DNA of 64,000 bases from an uncultured Gammaproteobacteria bacterium (lineage in GTDB: Bacteria; Patescibacteriota; Microgenomatia; CAYXHB01; CAZYTL01), in NCBI GenBank assembly GCA_964650355.1, contig CAZYTL010000003.1, positions 65,750-129,749 of the forward strand, read 5' to 3'. Of the stretch, positions 1 to 8,158 are shown one piece after another. Below the pieces are notes generated by a model. The model made no database searches. It was given only the letters and a program-made list of their open reading frames with translations, and was not told where the DNA came from. The translations under genes were made by a program, and so were the position numbers. Positions within the stretch are counted from its first letter, which is position 1; each line of letters starts with the position of its first letter.

Positions 1-291
1 TCATCAACATTAAAATCAACCCAGAAATCATTCTCCTTTTAGCCATATTCCCTCACCTAAAGTATAACATCCTTGCAATACCTCCTAAGTCCCGATTATC
101 AGTCACTGATCACCCACTACCGACAAGTGATAACCTACTACTTTCTTTCCTTCCCCATACCCTCAACCCAAATTACAGGTTATTTTTACACCCTTGAAAT
201 TTATCCCCATAACAAGTAGAATTAACAGAGTTGCCCTAAAAAACTTGCTAAAACTTAACTTTCTGTGTTATAATATAGGACATCTTGAACC

Positions 292-1260
292 TTGACCTCA
301 AGTAGTCTTGGTCAACAACCCAATAATTATTCAAAATCATTTTCTATGAATCCTGCAAAACCCGCTATCGACGACCAGCATATCACTCCTGATAGCCTTA
401 CCGGCCTCCGGGAGGCTCATGATGCGTTCATCGATTTTCTCAAACAACAGAATCGTTCCAGCTCTACCATTCTCGCCTACGGCAAAGACATCGAACAACT
501 CATCGAATACACCCTCCAAGAACACGGCATCGAACACGTTCACCTCGTCTCTCCCGAACACCTCAACGGCTACAAAGATCATCTCCACGAACAAAAATAC
601 ACCGCCAAATCCATCTCTCGCAAAATCAACTCCATCAAAAGCTTTTTCCGTTACCTTAAAAACCATGGCCACATCGACAGCAATCCCGCCGACCATGTCA
701 CCCATCCCAAATACGAGAACAAATCCCCTCGCATCTTAAGCAAAACCGAATACCGGGCCTTACGCGATGCCTGCCGCGACGATCTCCGTACTTCTGCCAT
801 TGTCGAGGTCCTCCTCCAGACCGGCATCCGCATCGGTGAACTGGCCAGCCTCAAACTCCCCAACGTTAAAAAGGACCATCTGATCATCGAACCTTATGAA
901 TCTCAACCCGGCCGTGAAGTCCCCCTCAACAAATCCGCCCAGGATGCCATTGCCAAATGGCTGGAAATCAGACCCAAAAACGCCAAAACCAACCACCTCT
1001 TCATCACCAAAAATGGCCGCCAACTCCTCATCCGCAATATCCGCACCTCCATTGACCGCTACTTCAAGCTCGCCGGCATTGATGACTGCACCGTCAACGA
1101 CCTCCGTCACACCTGGATCGCCCACCAACTCGCCCATGGTGCCTCCCTAGTTACCATTTCCAAAATCGCCGGCCACAAACGCCTCTCCACCACCGGCAAA
1201 TACCTCCAATTCATCAAAGACAAACTCCAAACCAGCAAAGTTAAATTGGAAGAACTATAA
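292..1260 (+). CDS. tyrosine site-specific recombinase (XerC/XerD / phage-integrase family)
   Basis: C-terminal catalytic signature R...HxxR...Y (RHTWIAHQLAHG...GHKRLSTTGKY). The ORF track start is TTG; an alternative ATG is at 346. A TATAAT-like box lies near 267-272. Confidence 0.8.
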   Translation: MTSSSLGQQPNNYSKSFSMNPAKPAIDDQHITPDSLTGLREAHDAFIDFLKQQNRSSSTILAYGKDIEQLIEYTLQEHGIEHVHLVSPEHLNGYKDHLHEQKYTAKSISRKINSIKSFFRYLKNHGHIDSNPADHVTHPKYENKSPRILSKTEYRALRDACRDDLRTSAIVEVLLQTGIRIGELASLKLPNVKKDHLIIEPYESQPGREVPLNKSAQDAIAKWLEIRPKNAKTNHLFITKNGRQLLIRNIRTSIDRYFKLAGIDDCTVNDLRHTWIAHQLAHGASLVTISKIAGHKRLSTTGKYLQFIKDKLQTSKVKLEEL

Positions 1261-1563
1261 ACTTAAATACCTCATGAGGGTAAGCGTAGAAGTTTATCCA
1301 GAAAACTCTCCGACGGGAAATAAAGTAACAAGAAACTGCACGGCAACAGACTGTGGCGTGCCTACCAAGCTATACCCGTGTGCATTACTCGACGAAACAC
1401 CATCTAATGGTGCCTGTAGACAACTAGATACTTCTCTTCGCCTTCCCCAAAAAACAATGCTTGTCTATTGCCAACTGGTAGATTAATAATCTACTTAAAA
1501 TCCCCTTTTACCTCAAAACAAGACACCTTAAAAACAGACTCCACTACTTGATTCGTAACCTTC

Positions 1564-2094
1564 CTATCTCCCCAACATCTCCTCTATCAACTTGGCCCCC
1601 AGTAAAGCATCCGCTGTTACTACATGTTTAGAAGACAGACACAAATATAACCCCTTGATAGGTATTTTTACCATCTTCTGAATTTCATCCTCGTCCCGAT
1701 CCGTCTCCCCTAACTCAAAATCCTTAACCAAATACAGTGATTTTTTACCTTTATGCCTCACGCCATTATAGAAAGACACTATCTTCTCATAATTTCCTCC
1801 TTTAATTCCTAATTCTTCTCTTAATTCACGCTTTAATTCATCAATTCCGCCACCACGATTTACCCTCGCACCTACAAACTGGGTCATTACCTTCTCAGGG
1901 CCCTGTCTCCACTCTTGCACCATCAGCACGCATCCGTCTTTTGTCACCGGAATCCCATAAACAATGTCCGGATAATCAACTACATCCCACTCCACTATCT
2001 TTCCATTTGGTAATCTAATTGTTTCTACACCAACCTTAACTTTCGGACCATCATACTTTGTCTTACGATCTAGAATCTGATATTCCTCACCCAT
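1564..2094 (-). CDS. Nudix-family hydrolase (imperfect Nudix box)
   Basis: RELREELGI matches the REUxEExGU part of the Nudix box. Size of 176 aa and beta-rich context fit the family. The Glu 7 residues upstream of the Arg is not conserved. Confidence 0.55.
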   Translation of the reverse strand: MGEEYQILDRKTKYDGPKVKVGVETIRLPNGKIVEWDVVDYPDIVYGIPVTKDGCVLMVQEWRQGPEKVMTQFVGARVNRGGGIDELKRELREELGIKGGNYEKIVSFYNGVRHKGKKSLYLVKDFELGETDRDEDEIQKMVKIPIKGLYLCLSSKHVVTADALLGAKLIEEMLGR

Positions 2095-2138
2095 AGGTTG
2101 TCATCTTAACCTCTCTTCTAACTTCTAAATTCTCACCT

Positions 2139-2152
2139 TATATATACTACTT
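2139..2152 (-). promoter_or_regulatory. AAAGTAGTATATA-type motif about 45 nt upstream of the Nudix gene start
   Basis: The same motif lies upstream of the coupling-ATPase gene (4898-4912) and the Nudix gene 13695..14105 (14116-14130, 14145-14157), always with GAGTATATACT and TATACTCCTTCGC companions. Confidence 0.4.
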
Positions 2153-2324
2153 TGCTTAAATAATTTTAAAATTGCAGTATATACTCCGTAGCTGAATTTT
2201 GGTCCATGTAGATATATTCTTAGTAAACTAAGCTTCGTAGTATTATACGAGATTATATTGGCGAAGGAGTATATCTAGGCAGATTCACCCCTCATCCGGC
2301 AGCGGGCCCCGAAGTATAACCTTG

Positions 2325-2396
2325 TGGACGCGCCTGGATTCGAACCAGGGACCATTCGTGTATAAGACGAACGCTCTACCGCTGAGCTACGCGTCC
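2325..2396 (-). tRNA. tRNA with anticodon UAU (decodes AUA; Ile by sequence)
   Basis: A manual cloverleaf fits the reverse complement: 7-bp acceptor stem, D-arm GCTC/GAGC with GG in the loop, anticodon stem TTCGT/ACGAA, loop CTTATAC (U33, A37), T-loop TTCGAAT, discriminator A. CCA is not encoded. Confidence 0.8.
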
Positions 2397-2534
2397 TTTA
2401 AAAACTATCAAACAGCCGCGTAGCGAAATTGCCTGTCCGCCTTTGGCGGAAGCTACGCGTCCAAGTACAAATCTTTTCTGATAACCCTTTACAAATTACC
2501 GATTACGGTTTACTCGGTCCCAATTATACCCTAA

Positions 2535-2560
2535 AAGCTATCAGCTATCAGCTAAAAGCT
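2535..2560. repeat. intergenic AAGCTATCAGCTATCAGCTAAAAGCT repeat between the tRNA and the coupling-ATPase gene
   Basis: Seen directly. Confidence 0.7.
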
Positions 2561-2563
2561 AGA

Positions 2564-4891
2564 CTACAGATTGCTTCTCGCCTGCACTTCCTTTTCCACC
2601 TCCGCCAAATCCCGCCCGTACTTCAACCTGCTCAACTCCTTAATCATCTCCCCCACCTTCCGATTTCGCCTCGCATCTTGTGCTGCCATATCTTTCGTAA
2701 TATCCATTGTAAATGGTGGTATCGGCTCATTCTTCACAATCGTTTTCACAAACAAATGATATTTCTCAATATTCATCAAATCCTGCTCATTAAACGTTGG
2801 CTCAAACTGCCTTACCAACACCGGCGCATCATCCGTTCCCACTCGGTAACACATCAACGTTCCCACATTCCCGAAAATCGCTCCTCTGATCTCATCATCC
2901 AACTGCCCCACAAACTGATTCGCCATCACTAAATTCAAATGATACTTCCTTGCCTCAGACAAAATCGTGGCAAAGTCCGGCGTGGCAAAATTCTGAAACT
3001 CATCCACATATAAATAAAAATCCGGTCGTTGATCTTCTGGCACGTCCGTCCGGCTCAAAGCCGCCATCAGAATCCTGGGCACTAACAACAATCCCAAAAA
3101 ATTTGCATTCTCCTCCCCCAACGCTCCCTTATTCAACCTTACAATCAAAATCTTCCTCTCATCCATCGCCTTACGAAAATCAAACGACGACGTTGACTGT
3201 CCGATCACATTCCTCATCATCTTATTCGTAATAAACCGCCCGAACTTACTCACAATATAATCCAAAATCTCCGACTTGTGAAAATCCGCCGTCTGCGCTA
3301 TCTGATCCGTCCAATATCTCCGCACCACCGGATCTTTCACCTTCGGCAGTAACTCCTGCACATACTTGGCATCCGTCTGCGTCCGCACTAATTCAATAAA
3401 CCCTCCTCCCGGCACCGCCTCCATCACCGTCAGCATCGCATTTCGGATTGCGTGCTCAAATCTCGGCCCGATAATCCCTGTCTTATGTGGATCATACAAC
3501 TTATACATCAAATTAATAATCGCCCCCGTAATAAAATGCCTTTGTTGCTCAGTCTTGGCTTCCATCATATTCATCCCCATCGGCCGTTCCGTGTCTCCTG
3601 GATCAAAATAAATCACGTCCTCAGCCCGATGCGGCGGAATAAAATTCAACAAATCCTCTGCCAAATCGTGCGGATCAATCAGCGCCACCCCTTCACCCGC
3701 CTCAATATCCTGTAAAATCAAATCTCGCAAATACTCTGATTTCCCCACACCCGTCTTCCCCACCAAATACATGTGCCTCTGTCTATCCTGCTTGCCCATA
3801 AAAATCGGCCTTTCAATCCCTCGATAAATACTCTTCCCCAAATACAAACCTGAAGTCGCAATATTTGCCGGTGCTGGCGCCCGCTTTGCCATCACCCAGT
3901 GAATATTCGGCGTTTCCACCGTCTTATTTGGAAAATGATAAATCGTAGCCAACTCATCCGTAGCCAAAATCGACTTTTGCGTCAACCAGTGAAAAACCCG
4001 CGGGTACCGATAAATAAAGTCCGTCATGAACGTATGTGGAATCCACACTCTCTGCTGCGTAAACCCGTTCAAATCTGAAGTGAACTGCTCAAACGTACTC
4101 TCAATATTCTTCAAATGCATCTCTGCCACCGTCTCATCCTTAGCGCTCACCACAATCCTCACCGTCACCTCAAATCCCGGCTTCACAATCTTACTTTCAA
4201 TCTGCTCCAGGCTCCTGGCATCCACCTTGTACTTAGCCTTCTCCGGATCCGCCTCTTCCTTCTTCGTGCTCGAAATATAATTCCTACCTCTTTTCCGCCA
4301 CTCATTCCCTGCCGGAGCCAAAATAATCTGAATCGCCGCCGCTTCCCCTTCCTTCATCTTGGCCATTGCCGAAGTCATCGAATTCAGCGGATCAGTAGCC
4401 AGCTCCTTATACGGCTTAATCGGCTTGTACGATTCGTATGACAATCCCAACTGTGCCCACGCCACTGTCCCCTCTTCAAAAAACATATTATACTCGTCCA
4501 CCACCCGCACATCCGCCCCCGGGTACGCCCCGTGAATCTGCTTCTCAATTAAATCCTGCAACTTCCTGGGTGCCGCAATATAAAACCTGATATCTCCCGG
4601 CATTGCCACCAGCTCCAGCGAAATATGCTCTGCCACCTTAGTAGAAAACATCCCCCCTGCCTTTCCCAAAGACTGAAAAGAGCTGATCATCTGCTCCATA
4701 GCGTCAATCTTGATCTCATTATCCTTGGGCACCGCAATCTGCAGCAGCACAAAGTCTAAAGCCCGCACCTCCCGGTCCTTCCATCTCTGCCAGTATAAAT
4801 ACCCGAAAAATCCCCCCGCCATTAGCCCCACAATCACACACATTCCCACCAACAACCCAAACAAAATGAATAACATCCCAATCGCATCCAT
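2564..4891 (-). CDS. VirD4/TraG/TraD-like type IV coupling ATPase (AAA_10 / TraG-D_C type)
   Basis: N-terminal TM helix. Walker A LVGKTGVGKS. Walker B-like YVDEFQNF followed by RKYHLNLVMANQFVGQL...YRVG, which resembles the TraG/VirD4 C-terminal motif. Confidence 0.55.
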   Translation of the reverse strand: MDAIGMLFILFGLLVGMCVIVGLMAGGFFGYLYWQRWKDREVRALDFVLLQIAVPKDNEIKIDAMEQMISSFQSLGKAGGMFSTKVAEHISLELVAMPGDIRFYIAAPRKLQDLIEKQIHGAYPGADVRVVDEYNMFFEEGTVAWAQLGLSYESYKPIKPYKELATDPLNSMTSAMAKMKEGEAAAIQIILAPAGNEWRKRGRNYISSTKKEEADPEKAKYKVDARSLEQIESKIVKPGFEVTVRIVVSAKDETVAEMHLKNIESTFEQFTSDLNGFTQQRVWIPHTFMTDFIYRYPRVFHWLTQKSILATDELATIYHFPNKTVETPNIHWVMAKRAPAPANIATSGLYLGKSIYRGIERPIFMGKQDRQRHMYLVGKTGVGKSEYLRDLILQDIEAGEGVALIDPHDLAEDLLNFIPPHRAEDVIYFDPGDTERPMGMNMMEAKTEQQRHFITGAIINLMYKLYDPHKTGIIGPRFEHAIRNAMLTVMEAVPGGGFIELVRTQTDAKYVQELLPKVKDPVVRRYWTDQIAQTADFHKSEILDYIVSKFGRFITNKMMRNVIGQSTSSFDFRKAMDERKILIVRLNKGALGEENANFLGLLLVPRILMAALSRTDVPEDQRPDFYLYVDEFQNFATPDFATILSEARKYHLNLVMANQFVGQLDDEIRGAIFGNVGTLMCYRVGTDDAPVLVRQFEPTFNEQDLMNIEKYHLFVKTIVKNEPIPPFTMDITKDMAAQDARRNRKVGEMIKELSRLKYGRDLAEVEKEVQARSNL

Positions 4892-5020
4892 AGCCCTAGT
4901 ATATACTACTTTTTTTTCAATTTACGAATAGCTGTACATCCCGTATGCTCCGATGACCATCGGAGCCATCGGGATAAAACATCCCCATTCCGGAGTCAGA
5001 ATCCAGCAGTCTCAACCCTA

Positions 5021-5056
5021 GGACTTCGGTGAGCCCAGTCGAACCGCTGATCAGCC
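5021..5056 (-). repeat. ~38-nt repeat GGCTGATCAGCGGTTCGACTGGGCTCACCGAAGTCC (minus orientation); second copy at 55076-55116
   Basis: About 90% identity between the two copies. Each begins with the GGCTGATC(A/G)GC palindrome core. Confidence 0.65.
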
Positions 5057-5586
5057 TTTGCCCACGGAGCCTGAATCCCTCCTCAAATTTTCCGTTTAAC
5101 CAACATTTCTTCCTGCGCATCCTTTTCCCCAAGTAGAAACTGCTTCAAAACCCGCCATATCGTTACAGGACTTACGCAGTACCACGTCATTCTGGAACGT
5201 AGCGAGAGAATCCCCTTGGAATCGAATTAGCCTCAAGGTGCATAAGTCCTGATCAGTAGTTATAAGTTCGACTTGCAATACTATAGGTTGACTTTACCCC
5301 CAAACCATGCTATACTGCTTCCATACTGTCTCCCCTACTACTCCACAATCGCGTCAGTATAAACCTGATCGCTCCCTTGTAGAGTTTTGTTCGAGACAAT
5401 ATAGCAGCTCTTTTAAATCAACAGAGCCATTCTTTTTGGTTACCTCTTTCTTGAGGCGGAGTTAACTGGATACAAGTTGTTATATCTAGTTAACTCCGCC
5501 TCGCACCAGCGCTCCCGCCCGTGAGTCTGCCCACCAAGTGGGGAGCACCAGACTCTGGGTGATATGAGGATGCGCATCTCATAAAA

Positions 5587-5594
5587 AGGAGGTG
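5587..5594 (+). promoter_or_regulatory. Shine-Dalgarno AGGAGGTG, 5 nt upstream of the GTG start
   Basis: Seen directly: aaaaAGGAGGTGacccaGTGaaaagg. Confidence 0.6.
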
Positions 5595-5599
5595 ACCCA

Positions 5600-6016
5600 G
5601 TGAAAAGGTTAACTTTTCTGCTCGTATCCCTGCTCGCCGTAGGGCTGGCGGCGTTCCTGGGCCTCATCGCCCGACCCGCCGCCCCGGTCCAGGCTCAAGG
5701 GCCAGGATACACGTGCACAGGTCAAGGCTATGCCTACCAGTGCACGTATTCTGACGACGCCCGTGAGGCAATCAGGCAGCAACGCCGGGAAGAAATCCGC
5801 CAGGCCGCCGAAAACTTGGTAGATCCCAATACCTGGTGGGACGTCCAGACCCAAGGCGGCGGCACCTGGCAAGAGCAACAGGGCTGCGGCATCTTGGGAT
5901 GTAGAAACCCCAACTCCGGTCAGAGTTATACGTGTGGTGACACGTACAACACGTATACTTTCAAGCCGACCGGGGCCCAACACACCACCCGATCGACCAG
6001 CTGCAAGAAAAACTAG
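5600..6016 (+). CDS. small secreted cysteine-containing protein (signal peptide, 6 Cys), on a compositionally foreign island
   Basis: GTG start with a strong SD. N-terminal signal peptide MKRLTFLLVSLLAVGLAAFLGLIARPAAPVQAQG. The mature ~100 aa carries 6 Cys. Codon usage is G-rich, unlike neighbouring plus-strand genes. Confidence 0.55.
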   Translation: MKRLTFLLVSLLAVGLAAFLGLIARPAAPVQAQGPGYTCTGQGYAYQCTYSDDAREAIRQQRREEIRQAAENLVDPNTWWDVQTQGGGTWQEQQGCGILGCRNPNSGQSYTCGDTYNTYTFKPTGAQHTTRSTSCKKN

Positions 6017-6031
6017 GTGGTGTGCACCCAG

Positions 6032-6058
6032 GCTACTTGATAGTGCTCATCAAGTAGC
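6032..6058 (+). terminator. perfect 10-bp stem hairpin (GCTACTTGAT-agtgctc-ATCAAGTAGC) just after the 5600..6016 stop
   Basis: Inverted repeat seen directly. No T-tract follows it. Confidence 0.3.
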
Positions 6059-6072
6059 TATCGACTATCAGG

Positions 6073-6158
6073 GCCACTCTGGCAACACAGATCGCTTTGC
6101 TGCAACTTACTAAAGTGCAGTAAAGTGCCTGTAAGTTCAGAGTGGCCTTAATTTTTTT
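6073..6158 (+). terminator. long-loop hairpin (GGCCACTCTG ... CAGAGTGGCC) followed by TTAATTTTTTT; candidate rho-independent terminator
   Basis: 10-bp inverted repeat with a ~55-nt loop and a downstream T-run, seen directly. Confidence 0.3.
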
Positions 6159-6246
6159 CACAACGGATAGTCCCTCTTCTACCCTAATTTAGACCTCCCA
6201 CCTCTCACAGACAGAACACCAATTCCTCAAATCTCCAAACCATCTC

Positions 6247-6618
6247 CTATCCTCTAAAAAACACCTTTTCCCCCAACTTCTTAATCATGTACGCACACCA
6301 CTCCGCCAGCCACCGTGCCCCTCTGATAATCGGTTCATGCAACCCCACCTGAAACTCATCTTGGGTCATCGGCAAAATCACCGCATCATCCGGCAACTGA
6401 TAATCATCCGTTTGCGGAGCCGGCTGCACCAGCGGCTGTCCTTGGTCATCAGTGGGCACCGGACCAGCCTTCTCCCCTGCCTTTTCCACCTTCTCTATAT
6501 ACCCTTCCACCCCAGCCTCCATCTCCGGCTCTTCCTCTGCCGACTTCACCACTTCCTGCACCGGAATCTCTTCAATTTCCCTATTTCCCTGGTTATCCCG
6601 CTCCGGAGTATCCACCAT
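6247..6618 (-). CDS. hypothetical acidic protein
   Basis: 123-aa ORF whose coding strand has host-like composition. No recognisable motif. Confidence 0.35.
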   Translation of the reverse strand: MVDTPERDNQGNREIEEIPVQEVVKSAEEEPEMEAGVEGYIEKVEKAGEKAGPVPTDDQGQPLVQPAPQTDDYQLPDDAVILPMTQDEFQVGLHEPIIRGARWLAEWCAYMIKKLGEKVFFRG

Positions 6619-6723
6619 TAACTAAATAATACCATTAATTGCCCCACTGTTACATGGCCCCATTGTCATGATTATCATAAATCAGACCACCCTCCATATT
6701 ATCAATGAAACCATGAAGCCCAA

Positions 6724-7605
6724 TTATCTCATCTGGCTCTGCCAGACACTCTCCTCTTCCTCCATCAACCAATTCGCCCACCTATTCGCCACGAACAAAT
6801 AATCCGACAGCCGATTAAGATACCTTAAAATTGCTTCATTGCTCAATTGCTCAATTGTTAAACTGCTCTTTAAGTTTTTAGCTTTAAAATGTGGTTTTGA
6901 GTTTTTAACTTTACGCTTTAAGTTTAAAAAACGAACGAATTCTCGTTCGGTCCTCCGGCATACTGATCTTACCACCATTAACTGTGCCCCGATCACCCCA
7001 CCTCCGGGTAAAATAAACTGATCCACCCGCGGCAAATCACCTTCCATCTCATCAATCAACTGCTCTAACTTACCCGCATCAAACGGCTGGTATTTATCCA
7101 TCTCTTCAATCCTTTTCTCCTCCTCACCTCTATCTTGTCCTTCTGCAGGAAAGCTTTCCCCTCCCCTATCAGACTCTCTGTCTTCCTCTCTCCGGCCCCG
7201 AACAAACTCTTCAGCCATCCTCCCCATTTCCCCCCGGAAACTCAAACCTTTCTCTTCCTGTGCTTTCCTGCTCTTTTGCTCTTTTGCTCTTCTGATCCTC
7301 TGATCTTGTGGTTTCATGGTCTTTGCTAATTCTGCACCCATCTCAAACAACTCTCTTTGCACATCCCGCAACTGTCCCACCAATCTTGCCAAACCGATAT
7401 CGAGATTCTTTCCACCATCTTGCATTTTAACTTTTGCATTTTGAATTGCCATGACACTCTCCGTCATCGCCACTGCTAAGCCCAAACTGGAATTGAGCTC
7501 ATCGACCGCACCAATCACCGCCATCTGCATACTTCCCTTACTCACCCGTCGCCCTCCGATCAACCCCGTTTCCCCTTCATCTCCGGTTCTGGTATAAATC
7601 GCCAT
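6724..7605 (-). CDS. PduO-type ATP:cob(I)alamin adenosyltransferase homolog with a ~100-aa charged insertion
   Basis: N-terminus MAIYTRTGDEGETGLIGGRRVSKGS...AIGAVDELNSSLG is typical of the PduO/MMAB family. The central K/E/R/Q-rich insert is partly encoded by tandem GCTCTTTT-type repeats at 7270-7308. Confidence 0.75.
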   Translation of the reverse strand: MAIYTRTGDEGETGLIGGRRVSKGSMQMAVIGAVDELNSSLGLAVAMTESVMAIQNAKVKMQDGGKNLDIGLARLVGQLRDVQRELFEMGAELAKTMKPQDQRIRRAKEQKSRKAQEEKGLSFRGEMGRMAEEFVRGRREEDRESDRGGESFPAEGQDRGEEEKRIEEMDKYQPFDAGKLEQLIDEMEGDLPRVDQFILPGGGVIGAQLMVVRSVCRRTEREFVRFLNLKRKVKNSKPHFKAKNLKSSLTIEQLSNEAILRYLNRLSDYLFVANRWANWLMEEEESVWQSQMR

Positions 7606-7802
7606 ATATAGGATATTTTAACAAAACATCTCCCAATTGACATCTAACAATTACCATTTAACTCTAAAAACTGCCCCTAACGACCTAACAATTACTTATC
7701 CGCTTTTGACAGTTCAACATATTCCCAACCTCTCCCTGAGTATCTGATACCTTTCCTAAATCATTCTGGATTCTGAATTCTAAATTCTATATCCTATACC
7801 TA

Positions 7803-8039
7803 GTGTTCTCTTGTCCTTACGCCCCATCCTACACCCTTTGGGAACGTCTCACCGGTAAAACCGCTGACTATTCCCGGCTCTCCTGGATCGAACGACTCTT
7901 CGGCTATCCCACTATCTGTCGCACCCAAATCTATCTCCAAATCGGCATTATCGTCCTCATCATCTTATTCACCGCCGTCCTCATCTGGTTCAAATACATC
8001 CGCAAACGCTACTACTACCCTCCTCCACCCAAAAAGTAA
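7803..8039 (+). CDS. small membrane protein (hypothetical)
   Basis: One TM segment IGIIVLIILFTAVLIWF. Host-like C-rich coding strand. Confidence 0.35.
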   Translation: MFSCPYAPSYTLWERLTGKTADYSRLSWIERLFGYPTICRTQIYLQIGIIVLIILFTAVLIWFKYIRKRYYYPPPPKK

Positions 8040-8118
8040 ACGCAGCTTCTCAAAGACCTCACCGCTAACTATCCTCTCAAAGCTTCCACTAAAAAACTGC
8101 CCGCCATGGTGAATACCG

Positions 8119-8158
8119 TGGATCAGCCTCTGGCTGAAACGAAGCTATAAGCAATAAG
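8119..8158. repeat. intergenic copy: GGATCAGCCTCTGGCTGA + AGCTATAAGCAATAAGCT
   Basis: Same composite arrangement as at 35337, degenerate. Confidence 0.65.

Noticed and set aside
2139-2152. AGTAGTATATACT palindromic motif considered as an NrdR box.
   Set aside because: It differs from the NrdR consensus in the flanking half-sites. It is found upstream of Nudix and coupling-ATPase genes rather than the nrd operon. It is kept only as a generic promoter or operator candidate.
2429-2932. Plus-strand ORFs antisense to long minus-strand genes, e.g. 2429..2932, 4115..4441, 19800..20339, 22584..23120, 35471..35854.
   Set aside because: Their low-complexity H/R/L/P-rich translations are a consequence of the strand compositional bias. 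They overlap genes with clear family motifs.
4921-5300. Possible tmRNA (ssrA) on the minus strand: the transcript would start GGGG, and the GGCTGATCAGCGGTTCGAC segment resembles the tmRNA 5' end GGGGCUGAUUCUGGAUUCGAC.
   Set aside because: No tag-peptide reading frame ending in ALAA-like residues. No convincing T-arm or CCA-adjacent acceptor pairing. A second copy of the same 38-nt segment at 55076 shows it is a dispersed repeat, not a unique RNA gene.
5300-5330. GGAAGCAG on the minus strand, reminiscent of the SRP RNA domain IV.
   Set aside because: The flanking sequence does not match the AGGUCAGGUCCGGAAGGAAGCAGCC consensus and the helix-8 symmetric loop cannot be formed.
5440-5667. Minus-strand ORFs in island I1 (4917..5132, 5096..5278, 5440..5667, 5609..5983).
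   Set aside because: They are short and lack start context. 5609..5983 is antisense to the well-supported SD-driven gene 5600..6016.
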